A stretch of DNA of 64,000 bases, taken from the NCBI GenBank assembly GCA_034780895.1, contig JAUZTB010000074.1, positions 8,281,470 through 8,345,469 of the forward strand, given 5' to 3'. The stretch comes from Rhynchobatus australiae. Taxonomy: Eukaryota. The position numbers and the translations under genes were made by a program. This document shows positions 24,933 through 38,260 of the stretch, in pieces (the first letter of the stretch is position 1; each line of letters opens with the position of its first letter). The notes under the pieces are model-generated. The model was not told the DNA's origin. It made no database searches and worked only from the letters and a program-made list of their open reading frames with translations.

Positions 24933-27084
24933 GCTAAATGAATATTAATAGAAGCACTCCCATCTGTTTTGCCATTCCATGAGATGATGACTGATCCTTT
25001 AACTCCAAATGACGTTCTTGCCAGATCCACGTGTTCCTTGATTACCTTGTGTTCATGACAGGCCACTCAAATCTATTTTGAGGCAGCAATTTCTATAATT
25101 TTGTCCCAGACCCCGCTGCCTGACACTTCCTCTGATGTTCTGGACCCTCCAATCAGAGGAACCAACTCTTAACACCCACTCTGCAAATGTTCCCCAGAAT
25201 CTTATACCTTTCAGAGGTAACCTAAGCTCTATTGCAGGCCCATCCAATTCGATCTCCAAAGCATAGTCCCCTCAATCTCAAACTGCTCTGCCTTTAATGA
25301 AAAGTGTGGTTTGTCCTTGGGTACGAAGATCAAAACTACACATTATTTGGGCTGTTGTCTCTCCAAAGCCTTGTATCATTACAACAAGATGTTGCAAGTC
25401 TTGTTTTCCAAACCCCTTCCAATAAGGGCCAACATCTCATTTGTTTCCATAAGTGTTCAGGCTACCTAAATGTTAACTTTCTATGTTTCATGTATTAGTA
25501 CACCCTGAGCCATATGCATCCCGGCATCTTTTAGCTTCTTGGCATTTAAAGTACAATCTCACCTTGCTGTGATTGAAAATACCATTTTACAAGGTTGGTG
25601 CCTTCCTTTTATAAAAAATGAGCATGAATAGAAAGTTTTAAAAACTCTGAAATAAAGAATATTTCATGCCCTGTCCATAAGAATGATGCACTCTACAACC
25701 AGTGACTCGGTTTCCTAGCTCGACTATAATTTCACAGTTCTTCTACACAAAGTATGAAAGAAGAAAGGTTTATGCTGTTTACAATCCAAAAGTGAAGTTA
25801 TCTCCCTTGCTTAAGGAGCAAGAAAGCTGCTGTTTGTTGTAGCATTGACCCTTTGGATCAAGTGATCCCAAGTTTGATATCTGATTTCAGCAAAATTAAC
25901 TGATCACTTGGTGTTCAAGGTAAAGAGGGAAAAATCAGCGAATATTTCTACATCTGATCACAACTGGTGATTTCTGTATAATTATAATGTACCTATAGGT
26001 GAAGAGAGTGAGTGGTTGTGATAATGCTATTCCCAAACCTCTGGACTGTTCTTATGAAATAAAATGAGAAAATGTTGGAAGTAGTCCACAGATCAGGCAG
26101 CACCTGAAGAGAGAAACATGGTTAATGTTCAGTCATTTAACTTCCCTTGCAAGGATTTTATTTTTAATTTCAAAAATATATACAACGAATAACAGAGATG
26201 TTGCCTAATCTGAGTATTTCCAGCACTTTGTCTTTATTTCAGATTTCCAGCATCTTCAGTCTTTTGCCTTGCAATAACTTTCTAAGGGAGTTGACCNNNN
26301 NNNNNNNNNNNNNNNNNNNNNNNNNNNNNNNNNNNNNNNNNNNNNNNNNNNNNNNNNNNNNNNNNNNNNNNNNNNNNNNNNNNNNNNNNNNNNNNNNNNN
26401 NNNNNNNNNNNNNNNNNNNNNNNNNNNNNNNNNNNNNNNNNNNNNNNNNNNNNNNNNNNNNNNNNNNNNCGTTTGTCATTGTCACATGTACCGAGATAGA
26501 GTGAGGTTTTATTTTGCGTGCCTTCCAGACAGATCATTGCCATGTATAATTATATTGAGGCAGTGAAAAGAAAAAAGAATGTAGCATATAGTGTTGCAGT
26601 CACAGAGAAAGTGCATTGCAGGTAGACAAAGTGTAAGGGCCACAGTGAGGTACATTGGGAGATCAAGAGTTCATCTTTTAGCATATGAGAGGTCTTTTCA
26701 AGAGTCTGATAACAGTGGGATAGGAGCTGTCATTTTAAAAATTGCACAGAAGCACATTGGCAAGGCAGGACTTAATGCTCCCTGTGGGAGGATGTACCAC
26801 TGAGGAGTTAATACTCAAGCAATCTTGGTGTCAATATGAATCTGTAGCAATTTATTTCTGCCACGGGGTGGCTCTGTACAGAGCTCCTCCAGCTTTGTTG
26901 CAGAGCTTGGTTCACCAGAAATCCAGATCACGTGCTTGCTTAACGTGCAGTGATTGAATTGGGTACAAAGATGTCATGCGTCAGCACAGAGCTTTGTCCG
27001 AAGACTTGCAACAAATTCTATGGAGAGGAACGTTTAATCTTGGTGGAAATAATAGCTTGTAGGAATGTTTAATGGAGGAATGTA

Positions 27085-28365
27085 AGAAATAGAAACAAAT
27101 AGATCACATGATCTTTGGACCTGCTCCTTCACTCATCAAAATCATGTTTGATATCTCTCTGCCATTTTCTTGCACTAACCCCATAACCTTACTATCCAAA
27201 ATATATCAATCGCTGTTTTGAATGAAGTTAATGACGATGTCTCCACAGCCCTGTGGGGTAACGAATTCCAAACATTTGGCATACTCTGTGTGGAGAGACT
27301 TCTCCTCCTCCTCCTCAGTCCTAAATAATCTACTACCTAAATTGCTCTCAAATAATCTCTGGTTTTGAACTCCTCAACCAGGGAAAATGTACTCCCTGCA
27401 ACTAGCCGGTTGAGCCCTGTAGGAATTATGGGGATCTCCTGTCAAAGAGATCTCCTGTCATGGTTCTTAATTTCAGAGAATACAGGCCTGGTCTATTCAA
27501 TTTCTCCTTAAATGGCAAACCAGTCTATAGAAAACATGCAACAAGGATTCAATGGCACTAAATCCTCTTGTAGGTAAGAAGGTCAAAACTATACATAATA
27601 TTCTAGGTGCAGTCTTACCAAGGCCCGATATAATTGCTGTAAGATACCTTTACACCCGTATTCAAATCCTCTTGTAATAACGGCCAATGTATCATTTGCC
27701 TTCCTGCTCAATTGCTGGACCTGCACATTAGCTTTCTGTGATATGTGTACAAGGACACCATGGGTCCCTTTGAACATCAGAATTGCCTAATCCGACTCTA
27801 TTAAAAAAAAATTCTGATTTTCTGTTTTGTGGTTAATATTGCAATTTTCCACATTATTTTGCATCTGTTCTGTTCCTGTCNNNNNNNNNNNNNNNNNNNN
27901 NNNNNNNNNNNNNNNNNNNNNNNNNNNNNNNNNNNNNNNNNNNNNNNNNNNNNNNNNNNNNNNNNNNNNNNNNNNNNNNNTTGCATCTGTTCTGTTCCTG
28001 TCCCTTCACTCAACTTGTCTATTATCCCCTTGAAACCTCCTTACATTCTCCTCCCTTCTCAGCATCCCACTTAATTTTGTTCCCTGAGAAAATTTGGAAA
28101 TAAGACACTTAGTCTCCTCAGCCAAATTGATTATATAGATTGTGAATAGCTGGGGCACAAGCAACAAGTCCCACAGTACTTCACTAGTCATACCCTACCA
28201 ACCTGAGACAGAATCATTTATTCTTTCTCTTTCCTTTCTGTCCATGAGGTATTTCTCAATCCACTTTGGTATATTACCCCCAACTCTTTATGTTCTAACC
28301 TTGTTGACCAACACCTTGTGTGCGATCTTGAAAGGCATCTGAAAATCCAAATATTGTACGTATAT
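27085..28365 (-). mobile_element. CR1 LINE RT/3' fragment spanning a gap
   Basis: Reverse ORFs GVLVHISQK...QLYRALVRLHLEYYV and VPQLFTIYIINL...ISKF. Confidence 0.75.
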
Positions 28366-28392
28366 TGGTTCAACGTTCCCACATGCTCAATG

Positions 28393-28790
28393 ATTCAGAA
28401 TCAGATTTATTATCACTGACTTAGATAACGTGAAATTTTGCAGCAGCAGGACAGTGGAAAGACATAAAATTACTATAAATTCCAAAAATAAATAGTGCAA
28501 AAAAACAACATATAGCGGGGTAGTGTTCATGGGTCCTTGGACCATTCAGAAACCTGATGGTGAAGGGGAAGAAGCTGTTTCTGAAACGTTGAGTGTGGGT
28601 CTTTGGCTCCAGTACCTCCTTCCTGATGGTGGTAATTAGATGAGGGCATGTTAGATGATGATGATGGTCCTTAGTGGTGGATGCTGCCTTCTTGAGGTAC
28701 CTCTTTTTGAAGAGTCCCTCGATGGTGGGTAGGGTTGTGCCTGTGATGGAGCTGGCTGAGCCTACGACCCTCTGCAGCCTCTTGTGATTC
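28393..28790 (-). mobile_element. Rex1/Babar-like LINE 3' fragment
   Basis: Reverse ORF KRLQRVVGSASSITGTTLPTIE...TQRFRNSFFPFTIRFLN; tail ATTCAGAATCAG; closely similar to 8430-8810. Confidence 0.8.
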
Positions 28791-29607
28791 AGTAGATTGT
28801 GCATGGGACCAGTGGACAGCCAGCATAGGAACAATAACCTGATGGCTGTCTCTTGTGCAATATCATTCTATAATTCCATTAATATGAAGAAGGAAAGAAA
28901 TAAGTCTTGGAGAAAAAAGTGGTTCAGAAGAGAACAAAAAACTGCTACTTTTCCAATGACTATAAGAAGAAACGCTTTTAATGATAGTATAACAGTGTTA
29001 TTTTTGTAGACTACAAAAAAATACTGTTAGAAACAGCCATCTGCAAATTATTGGCATGAACCCCTCTTCATCCTCAGCCAGGCATGAGGTCCTGCATTGA
29101 AACAGTCCTGAAACCATGCCATAACTGGTTCTCGCACAGAAGCGGTATATGAAAATGTCAGAAGCCCACCTGTTTGTTTCACTGAAACTGTGGTGAGAAA
29201 TCTAAATAAAAGATTGTAAGAATTCTGCAATATTCTTTGCTGCAGCAACATTTTGCAAAACTTTACTTCATGCTGCTCCCCCACAGTCTAAGCAACTGGT
29301 TCAAATACACTAAAATTGACTAATTTGGTCTTACTGGGGCATAGGAAATGCTACTGTAGCACAGTCAATGATCATTTTGATTCTTCCATAAATAGCCTAT
29401 AAAACAAGTTTGGGTTAAGTTACCTCTCGAGCACATCTTTGTTCTGGGAGTGTTAATCACTGCACATTCATCTTAAAAAAGTGGTGTGCCTTTGTACTAG
29501 TTCAAGGGAAAATAGATTGGAAAGATTTTGATTTGTGTGCTTTATAGTTTTCAGCTGAGCTGTGGACTATGAAGCACGGTTAACCTGTTGAATTTACCTC
29601 TTTCCAG

Positions 29608-29740
29608 ATATTGAACGGAGTGTTCCAGGCTAATTCAGTGACAGGTTGTTTGCAACTTGTGGATGCATCAGCTTCACTGGACTGTGTTGTGCAAAACTCT
29701 GAAGTAAGCCAAACAGCATTTAGTGACACTTCATATATAG
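29608..29740 (+). CDS. CTC1: CTC1 exon 11-equivalent
   Basis: ILNGVFQANSVTGCLQLVDASASLDCVV...FSDTSYI vs human [28 protein letters not shown]...LSDPRLI; phase 0 to 1. Confidence 0.95.
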
Positions 29741-30506
29741 GTAAGAACTTGAGCAGCTTAAAATGATGGCAGAAATCTGCAGTTCTTTTTATTTGAATAT
29801 TATTTAAATTATTTCATTTGAAAAATAAATTGAGCCTAAAAGAATTTCTCTCATACACTTATTTAAATTAAACTTTCACTGTTGTTATCTAGCAACAATT
29901 ATGTAACAGCATTTATCTTGCAGCATGGATATACTTCCTTGTGGCAAAGGTTAGAGTTGGGAATAGTGGGGGCATTCCGGAGGTAAAGAGAAACAAGGCT
30001 TCAGACTTGGAGTTNNNNNNNTCAGCCAATCAAAATTACTCCCTCTTGAGTTTTCAGGAGTTTATAAGCAGCTGCAATTTTCTCAGTATGCTTTTCCAGG
30101 TTTTAACTTCCACTGGGAATGTTTGAATACTGACTACAGGTGATGTGGTGGGTTGCATTGTGGTTCACCTTGCATCCATTCTGAAGACTTGTCTGTCGTA
30201 TAAGTTCACATGAGATTCCAAATAAATATTAGGCTCCTGTGTCATTATTATGTAAATACAAATATAGAATGGATCTATTTTTGCTATTTGTGTAATTAAA
30301 AACACAGGAAAACTCGGTTAATCCATTAAACTCAGGGCTTTGGTGCCGAACTGGCAGATTTTCAGGACTATTCCAATTAATACTTGCAATACACTTTCAA
30401 CTCACTTTGTTTAGATGTTACAGAGCAACATGATATATCTTCTAGCGAATCAAGTGAGTTTAAAGGAATCACCGAAAACAGGGCCTTGGTGAGTTCCAAG
30501 GGAGAG

Positions 30507-30574
30507 TGGGAACCAGGGCCCCGGCGCATAGGAGGGAGGCTGGGAACCAGGGCCCTGGTGTGTAGGAGGGAGCA
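30507..30574. repeat. 34-bp tandem duplication (2 copies)
   Basis: TGGGAACCAGGGCCCCGGCGCATAGGAGGGAGGC / TGGGAACCAGGGCCCTGGTGTGTAGGAGGGAGCA. Confidence 0.7.
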
Positions 30575-30614
30575 CAGGAATCGACACCTGGTGAATCAGA
30601 TGCCAACATTAGGA

Positions 30615-31740
30615 CTTAGACTTGTACAGCATATAAAAAGGCCCTCCGACCCACTGTGACCATGCTGACTACTAAGTGCCCATCTATACCAATCGTATTT
30701 ACCAGCAATTTCTCTGTAGTCTTTCTTGCCTTGGTGACTCGTACTCGAACAGGTACTAAGGTGTTGAGAGAGTACCTGTCTCCACCACCCACTGGGATAA
30801 TGTGTTCCAGATTCCAGCCATCCTTTGGGTGAAAATCTTCTTCCTCAGATCCCCCCTAAACCTCTTACCCCTTACTGAAACCCGTGTCTTCTGGTTACGA
30901 ACATTTTGCAATGGGGAAAAGTTTCCTACTAGTTATCATATCTATCCCCTCACAATTCTGTATAGCTGTTTTAGAAACACCTGTCCACCTCATTTGCTCC
31001 AAGGAAAACAAACCCACCCGATCCACTTTCTCCTTGTAACTGATATGTTCCCTCCCAAGTAACACCCTGCTACATCTTCGCAATCACATCCTTCCAATAG
31101 TGTGGTGACCAGAACTGCACACAATATTCCAGTTTGGCCTAACCAGAGTTTCATGTTCCGTGACCACCATGCTCTTGTACTCTCTGCCCCAGGTAATGAA
31201 GACGGACATCCCATAAGCTGCCTTCACCTTATCTATCCGTGCTGCAACCTTTGGGGATCCAGGGACTTGTACGCCAAAGTTCTTCTGGTCCTCAATCCCC
31301 TTTGCTGCCAGACATGGTGTAGGTCTTTTCCAATTTAGACCTCCCAAAATGCATCAATTTGCACTTATCAGGATTAAATTCCATCTACCATTTCTATGCC
31401 CCAATTTACCAGCTGATAATTATCATTATATAGCCCAAGACTACCCTCATTATCAACAAAACCATCAATTTTTGTGTCATCTGCAAACTTGCTAATCGTA
31501 CCTCCTGCATTTACATTCAAGTCATTAATGTGTATTAGAAACAGTATGAGTCCAACCACCGATCGCTGTGGTACACCACTGGTCACAGACTTCCAATCAC
31601 AAAAACAATCCTCCGCCATCACCCTCTACCTCCAATTACCAAGCCAACTTTGGATCCATTTTGCCAATTTGCCTTGGAGCACCGACCATAGCCTTTTGGA
31701 CTGCCTTCCATGTGGAACCTTATCAAAAGCCCTGCTGATT
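30615..31740 (-). mobile_element. CR1 LINE RT/3' fragment
   Basis: Reverse ORF VTSGVPQRSVVGLILFLIHINDL...ISKFADDTK (RT motifs) and SYKEKVDRVGLFSLE. Confidence 0.85.
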
Positions 31741-32152
31741 TCTGAACAAGTGCATAGCAGGCTATCAGAGTTTTATTGGCATTGGTTTATTATTTACTTG
31801 TACCAAGGTACAATGAAAAATTTGTCTTGCATACCGATCGTACAGGTCAATTCATTCCACAGTGCATTGAGGTGGTACTCTAGATTGACCTGAGAGGAAA
31901 CTACAAAATAATGTAATGAAGAATTATATTTGAAATAGTTATTTAACGACATGAAACTGTAACAAGTGCGTCAATGTTAATAAAAATGATAAAGATCACT
32001 TGCTGCTCCCCAACCAACATGTTAAGTAGCTTCTTTTTATTTAAAGCCTTAGTTGAATTTCCTGCGTGCTTTCACTACTTTCTGTAATTAGTTACTATTT
32101 TTGAATTTCTTGTCTCTAATGTGTCTGGGATTTATATTTGTCTCTCTTGCAG

Positions 32153-32267
32153 GCTGTCTGGTGCAGCTGCAGAGATACCAGCTGGTTTTGGAACGATTTA
32201 TGAACAGTGATTTCCCATCCTCCAAACACCTTGATGATCCTAACTTTGTAAAGGAGAAACACACCAG
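32153..32267 (+). CDS. CTC1: CTC1 exon 12-equivalent
   Basis: GCLVQLQRYQLVLERFMNSDFPSSKHLDDPNFVKEKHTR vs human [39 protein letters not shown]; phase 1 to 2. Confidence 0.96.
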
Positions 32268-33819
32268 GTCAGTGTGCAGTAAATTTCATCAATGAAGTTC
32301 AGAATATTAAGGCAAATCCTGCAAGCTCTTAATCCTACTGTGACATGATCTTGCGTTCCCCATGCCCTTGTGAGAACTAAGTTATACCAACCAGAATATA
32401 AATGGACTGACAGTAAACATAACTGGTCAAAATTTAGTGAAGGTGAACGATTGAGCATATTGGTCATGAATCATACCATCCATTTGTGAATATTGCCAAG
32501 AAGAAAAGATCCCCAAAACAGATGATATATAAAGATTTACTAGCTCCCTTTCAGATGAGTAGTTAAAAAAATGAATTAAAGCATAGCTTACATACCTTAA
32601 AATGAATGAGAATTTCAGCTTGATCTTTTTCTATTAAGTTCAAATTGCCTGAATATTCCGTGGCACGATTTTGCGTTTATTATACTGAAATTTAATAATT
32701 TCTCTGTCAAACTGAGTTGAATTTTGAGATTACCTTGCAATTTGATTAAAAAGCATTAGCAAATTCCATGATGTTATATTAAGCAGCATGTGAAGAGTAT
32801 TCCACCAACTGCATCGTAGTTTCCATTCAAGACTATACTTTGTTGTTGATCGTCACTTGTTCTTGAGTAAAACCATGACATCTGGTCTGTGGTGTTCCGA
32901 TGTGTACAGAGATGGCTCAAAATTGTAATTGTGATGATATATGAGGCTAAATCTGAACTGAATTAAAGTCCCATCAAAGTGTAGAATTTCTAATCATTTC
33001 CTTTCACATGTTTAAAATATCTTTAATTTTCAAAATTCGACGGTGTTCCTGGACAAAGGAAAAGTAAATTTCTAACTTGTCTACTCCTGATCATCGCCCA
33101 GCCATCATGGATAAGAAAGTAAGAGCAGGAGCAGGACTAGGTCAATCTGCCCCTGCTTTACCATTCAATAAGATCACGGCTAATCCAGTCTTGGCCTCAA
33201 TGGATTTACTGATGAATGCTAAAGTGATCATAGCTATGGACCATAGAAGTTTACTGCACAGAGATGGCTTCAGCTCATCTTGTGTGTGCCAGCACTTTGG
33301 AGTGATCAGAATCCCCCTCTTTCCTTACCACTACACCTCCCTCAAATACTTATACACTGTGCAGTGCCTTAAACACACATTGCACAAAGAAATATCTCTT
33401 CCCATCCACTGATAATTGATAATATCACTAACTACTCAACTGGAGGAAGTAGTCTTTCCTGAGCAAAAACCTCTATACAACTTCAAAGATCTCTGCTTTG
33501 ATTTCTGCAAAGATTTGGCTATTTCTGTAATGAAAACAGTCCCATGATCTTGTATCGCCATTAATAACATTTTAGATCCCATTCCTGACATCAACTTGAT
33601 GCATCTACAACATGAACAATCTGTGTATTATGTAAAGATTTGAGAAAAATGCCACTTATACACAATTGATCATATTCTGCCAATATGGAATGTCATAGTT
33701 TACAGGTAAGTATCAGTAAGTGAAATTTAAAAATAATGAACCCATGATGAAGTTGCAGGAGCTTTCAACCTATTTTGGGTCATGACNNNNNNNNNNAAAA
33801 GGAAGGTGATTACTATTTG

Positions 33820-34160
33820 TTCAAAGAATGTGAGAATTATTGACTGTCCAGCATTTATTGCCCATTCCTTCTGAGTGCTTTGCTTGAGCATTTTGGGGAC
33901 TATTTAAGAGTGAACCACATTTTGATTGACTTGGAGTCATTTAGGCTAGATTAGATTATGACGGCAAATGTCCTTTCCTGGACAACATTAGTAAACCTGA
34001 CTTTGTTTTGGCCAATTCGCTTGTTCCACCTGATGCTAATTTTTACTTGAGATGTATTATTTAATTACTGAATTTAAATTACTAAATTTAAATTCCTCAC
34101 CTGCCATGCTAGAACTGGAACTCTTGCCTCCAGATCGGTAGTCCAGGCCTTTGGCTACTA
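33820..34160 (-). mobile_element. Decayed SINE-like repeat
   Basis: Tail CCAGCATTTATTGCCCAT resembles the reverse complement of the LINE tails at about 24870 and 63470; body contains AATTTAAATTCC...CTGCCATG. Confidence 0.55.
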
Positions 34161-34270
34161 GAATTAACATAAACTAAAGTACAGTTTCATAATGATTATT
34201 ATGTTTCTAAATTATTCAGCTGCTAGAGAACAGTGCGATCACAAAATCTACGTTGCTGTCATTAAATTTG

Positions 34271-34542
34271 GATGGTGCAGTGGTTAGTGCTGCTAACTCA
34301 AAAATCCAGGGATTTGGGTTTGATCCTGTTTTTAAGTGCTGTCTATGTCGAGTTTGCAGGTTCTCTTTGTGACTGTACGGTTTCCCCACCCCCGAGGATC
34401 AATTTTCCTCCCAGATTCCCAGGAGAGGATGGGATAACGGGTATACACAAGGGAAGAAGGGTATACGTGTAGATGGATGCTTGATGAGTGGTGTGGACAT
34501 GATGAGCTGAAGAGTCTGCTTCTGTCCTGTAACACTCTGACT
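34271..34542 (+). mobile_element. tRNA-derived V-SINE (HE1-like)
   Basis: A box GGTGCAGTGGTTAG, B box GGTTTGATCC, V-domain-like GTCTATGTCGAGTTTGCAGGTTCTC, and a CR1-like 3' tail GCTGAAGAGTCTGCTTCTGTCCTGTAA. Confidence 0.7.
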
Positions 34543-35254
34543 ACGCAGGATGAGATTTTTTTTAACACAGTTAATGACATAGCCTTAGCATCTTGCTTCA
34601 TTGTTTTTTTTTAAGGATGGGCTAGAAGCCCTTTGGCAGAGAACTGTCCATTTACAAAAAGAGGTATTGAAGCATCTTACAGCAGCAAATTAACTTACCA
34701 ACCAGCATGTTCTTGGAATCTGGGGGAATTGCAAGCAGGTTACCAGTGCCATTCTTCTGTAAACATTTATCTTTGATTTGAATTTGAGTATAATCTGTCT
34801 TTATGGAAGTAGTCTATCATGTCTAATTGTTGAAAATCCCTCCTAAAATGTAAATGTATGGTAAATGCACCACTTTATTTCACTTTAGTTCAATTTGAGC
34901 CATTCTCTTAAAATTGTTCAATAGTGGCAAATAAAATTGTCTCCACAGTTATTTCAAGAACTGTGGCTCTGACTTCAGCAGATTAATATTAGATTGGTTT
35001 AAACTATTGTTTAAAATTGAAATTGCAGAGAAAAAGAAATAGCCTGCTTTTATATAGATACTTGTATCTCAACAGCCTCATGCTGGAACTACATTCATCC
35101 AGAACAGTGGTGCAATCCACCTCCCAAGTAGAGCATTGCAAGTAATGGAAAGGCTATGAAGCTGAAGAAAGTGAACCATTCATCAGAGTACCCAGGACCT
35201 GCCCTGCTTTTGTTGCCATATGTGAATGATGCTATCCACGTTTATGTTGTTAGA

Positions 35255-35410
35255 ACCATAGAACACTACAGCACAGAAAACAGGCCATTTGGCCCTTTTA
35301 GTCTGCGCTGAAACTTTATTCTGCTAGTCCCATTGACCTGCATCCAGTCCATAACACTCCAGACCTCTCCCATCCATGTATCCAATTTATTCTTAAAACT
35401 TAAGAGTGAG
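35255..35410 (-). mobile_element. CR1 3' tail fragment
   Basis: Reverse ORF FKNKLDTWMGEVWSVMDW...GPNGLFSVL. Confidence 0.65.
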
Positions 35411-36864
35411 CCTATTGTGTAGGACATGGAGATGGAAAGATAGTGTAGATAAGTGAGAGAGTGTTTGAGATAGTCATTACCAGCCACTTCTTAATTTAAA
35501 TTAGGAAATAAATCCTGCTCTATTGGGGAAGAGTTGTGCATATAGCTGAATGCTGTGGAGTTGTCAGCAAATTGACCTCCTGACCTGTGAGATGGAAGGA
35601 TTGCTGAACTCATTTAAAGTAGTGAACCATAGTATCTTTCCTTGAGAAACCACTTTAGTAATGTATTGGAGGCTTCTTATTACAACGGAAACACCCTCAA
35701 CCAGGTATGAGCTTACCATTAGAAGATTGTGATCTTGATCTCCTCTCAAATTAACCAGCTTTTAGGGCCTCTTGGTGCTGCGCTAAGTTGAATGCTGCTT
35801 TGATTATGAGACCAGCTTTCATTTCTATTTGCAATGTTTGGCTTAAAGCACTAACAGGGCTTGGAATCAGTAATCCTGGCAGAGAGAGAGAATTTTATTG
35901 CTGTCCAGCATTAGCTCAGCTGGGGAGCAGATATGTCTGATAATACAGTGTAAAACATCAACAGGATGTTGTCATGGTTATTTCTGTGTTGGTTACTCAC
36001 AATTGCTTCCTAACGTCACATACAGTGAACAAAGTAGGCTGGACACGACTATGCATGTGGTAAATGCAAGAGGAGGACTATCCACTCTTTGTCCGAGGAT
36101 GCTTACAAACACTTTAATTCCCACAGGATACTTGCACCTGTCAGTTGTTTAGTATCGTTGGTCATTATTAACATTGATGTATTTGGGTTATAGACCCCTA
36201 GTAGGACAGTTCAATTATTTATATCCTGTAGCTTTTGATATTTGCAAGTAGCCCTGTGTAACTATTCTTTGTTAATACTTTGGGAATGCCCTTTTGTCTT
36301 TACTTGTGTTTGAGTCGGCATAGATTGCTGACTCCCAGGAACCGAATTCCACATCCTTTGTACTCTGACTCCAGATGACTGTTGATTCCAGGTTGTACCT
36401 GATGCTCCTCCTGCTGGGGCTCCTTTAAGGCCTTTATTTTGTGCCTCTTTCTTGCTTCTGCCTATCCTCTTGCAGCCATTTCATCTTGCTTCCACCTCTC
36501 AGGACACTGCTGTTGTTGCCTTGTCATATGTGTGTCACTCCTGTTTCTGTAGCAACTGTGAACTGTTTTAATCCCTGATCTGACTTCAGCAGTAATTGAT
36601 TGCACCCATGCTGCTATGGAAGTGCCATTCCTTTCCAACTAATTCTTCAGAGGCCATTTAGAATCCATTGAGATCTCCAATTTGTTTGGGGAAAGGAGAA
36701 GCATGGTTGAATGGCTTTGACAAATCCTTTAATATTACCTTTGGCTCAGCTAGAGTGCCTCTGTCAACTTCTGATCAGATGGTCTACACCTTTATTGCCT
36801 TCTGTTTCTGTTTCACTTCAGATCACTATCCATTATCCCACTTTTTAGTAAGGGAAACATGGCT

Positions 36865-36991
36865 TCAGGATTCTTGGATGTTGATGCTGGGGATTAGGGT
36901 CTCTGGGGCAGTCTCAGCTGAAGGGAACCGTGGGGGGGTGGGGAACTCACGAGTAAGATGACAAAACAATGGAATATGATCTAAGGTGATG
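36865..36991 (-). CDS. Putative last coding exon of a nested antisense small membrane-protein gene
   Basis: Acceptor ctgctgctttcctgctttcag|, phase 2, (S)ITLDHIPLFCHLTREFPTPPRFPSAETAPETLIPSINIQES*; AATAAA about 70 nt past the stop (36791-36796). Confidence 0.4.
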
Positions 36992-37146
36992 CTGAAAGCA
37001 GGAAAGCAGCAGACCATGTATGATCTGATAGGGCTGATAAGAGGATAACTAAAGCACATTGTCTAAGTGAGAGGGAAATATTTAAAGGATGCTTCAAAAC
37101 CATTAAACCCTGTTTTCCTGCAGTAGTCACTAGAAAATGCACCAAC

Positions 37147-37276
37147 CTAGCACAGCACTTCCCACTTGTAAATAAGAATAAAACATAAAGAAAAATGAGC
37201 AACATAGCAAACAGTGGTAGCGTGAACACAACAAACGTTGGCCAGGATACTACATCATTAGAATTGACCTGAGAGA
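37147..37276 (-). CDS. Putative transmembrane exon of the nested antisense gene
   Basis: Acceptor tcttccctgtag|, phase 1, (V)SQVNSNDVVSWPTFVVFTLPLFAMLLIFLYVLFLFTSGKCCA, donor AG|GTTGGT phase 2; 18 of 22 TM codons have T at position 2. Confidence 0.45.
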
Positions 37277-38151
37277 CTACAGGGAAGATCGGCTCATAAT
37301 ATATCCACTGTCTTGTGTGTACAAAATACCCCTTTTGAGCCAGGAGTTTTGAGTGGCGTTTTTCCACTCGCAACAGGGAGGGAGGGTGGGTGACGGGTGG
37401 AATTGCTAAATATAGTTCTGACACGAAATGCAGTATGTGCAGGTCTCCTGAGATGTATGAGAATCTCCTCTGCATCATTCCCTGTTTCTCAGCCTTTGCG
37501 ATTATTTGCATTGAGGGCATCAAACACTTAAAAAAAAATTATTGTGCCGCACCTGGCTCTCTTTGGTTGTGACTTTTATGTCTCTGCTTTCTTTTTCGAC
37601 AATGCCACTTTCTGTTCTCGCCTCTGTTTTATATGATTTCAGCTGCTGACTCCCTGCCTGCCTGCACCTGTCTCTCTTCAGCTCGCGTGACCCATCACCC
37701 CAACCAGCCCAACCACATTCTGTCGCTCATTATTAGAGGCTACACTCAACATGGTAGGTCCACTCCCTTAACCTTGCAGATCTGCAGTTACTAAAATCTC
37801 CTTGTTGTTAGCACACAAGAACTTTCCTGCCATCCTCTTTGCTGGCCGAGAAAAAAAATTAACTCCAGACTTAAATGAATGTGTTACCTTGGTCAATGTT
37901 TAATAATGTAAGTCAGCAATTGAAGTGAGTTGGCTTGCATTTATATAAGGAATGGTCTGTCTTTATACACTGCCTTTCATGCTCTCTGTCTCAAAGCACT
38001 ATGCAGCTAATTAAATGCTCAAGTGAACACAGACTCAAATTGAAGCTGATATATCCTGCAGTTGAATGGTTATTGTGTCCAATAGCCCAGCATCATTGAC
38101 CATTTATTTCTGTGAATAATAACTTTAGAAAGTGCCTGGAAAACTGCTGAA

Positions 38152-38260
38152 AAGTCCTGATGCAGAGTCTCCACAGAAAATGTTGACAATTCCTTTCCCC
38201 CCCACCCCACGCAGATGCTGCTCGACCCACAGAGTTCCTCCAGCATTTTGTGTTTTTTGA
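38152..38260 (+). mobile_element. Half copy of the palindromic/hammerhead-like family
   Basis: AGTCCTGATGCAGAGTCTC...AAATGTTGAC...CAGATGCTGCTCGACCCACAGAGTTCCTCCAGCATTTTGTG. Confidence 0.65.

Noticed and set aside
27859-28002. 22-bp direct repeat TTGCATCTGTTCTGTTCCTGTC on both sides of a 100-N gap
   Set aside because: Most likely an unmerged contig overlap rather than a biological repeat or TSD.
36300-36640. Purine-rich minus-strand stretch resembling coding sequence near the nested gene candidate
   Set aside because: Reading frames are interrupted by stops; it looks more like a decayed LINE (RTE-like) 3' end.
36981-37523. 180-aa single-exon minus-strand ORF
   Set aside because: Only the central TM segment looks protein-like and it has its own splice sites, so the spliced model is preferred.
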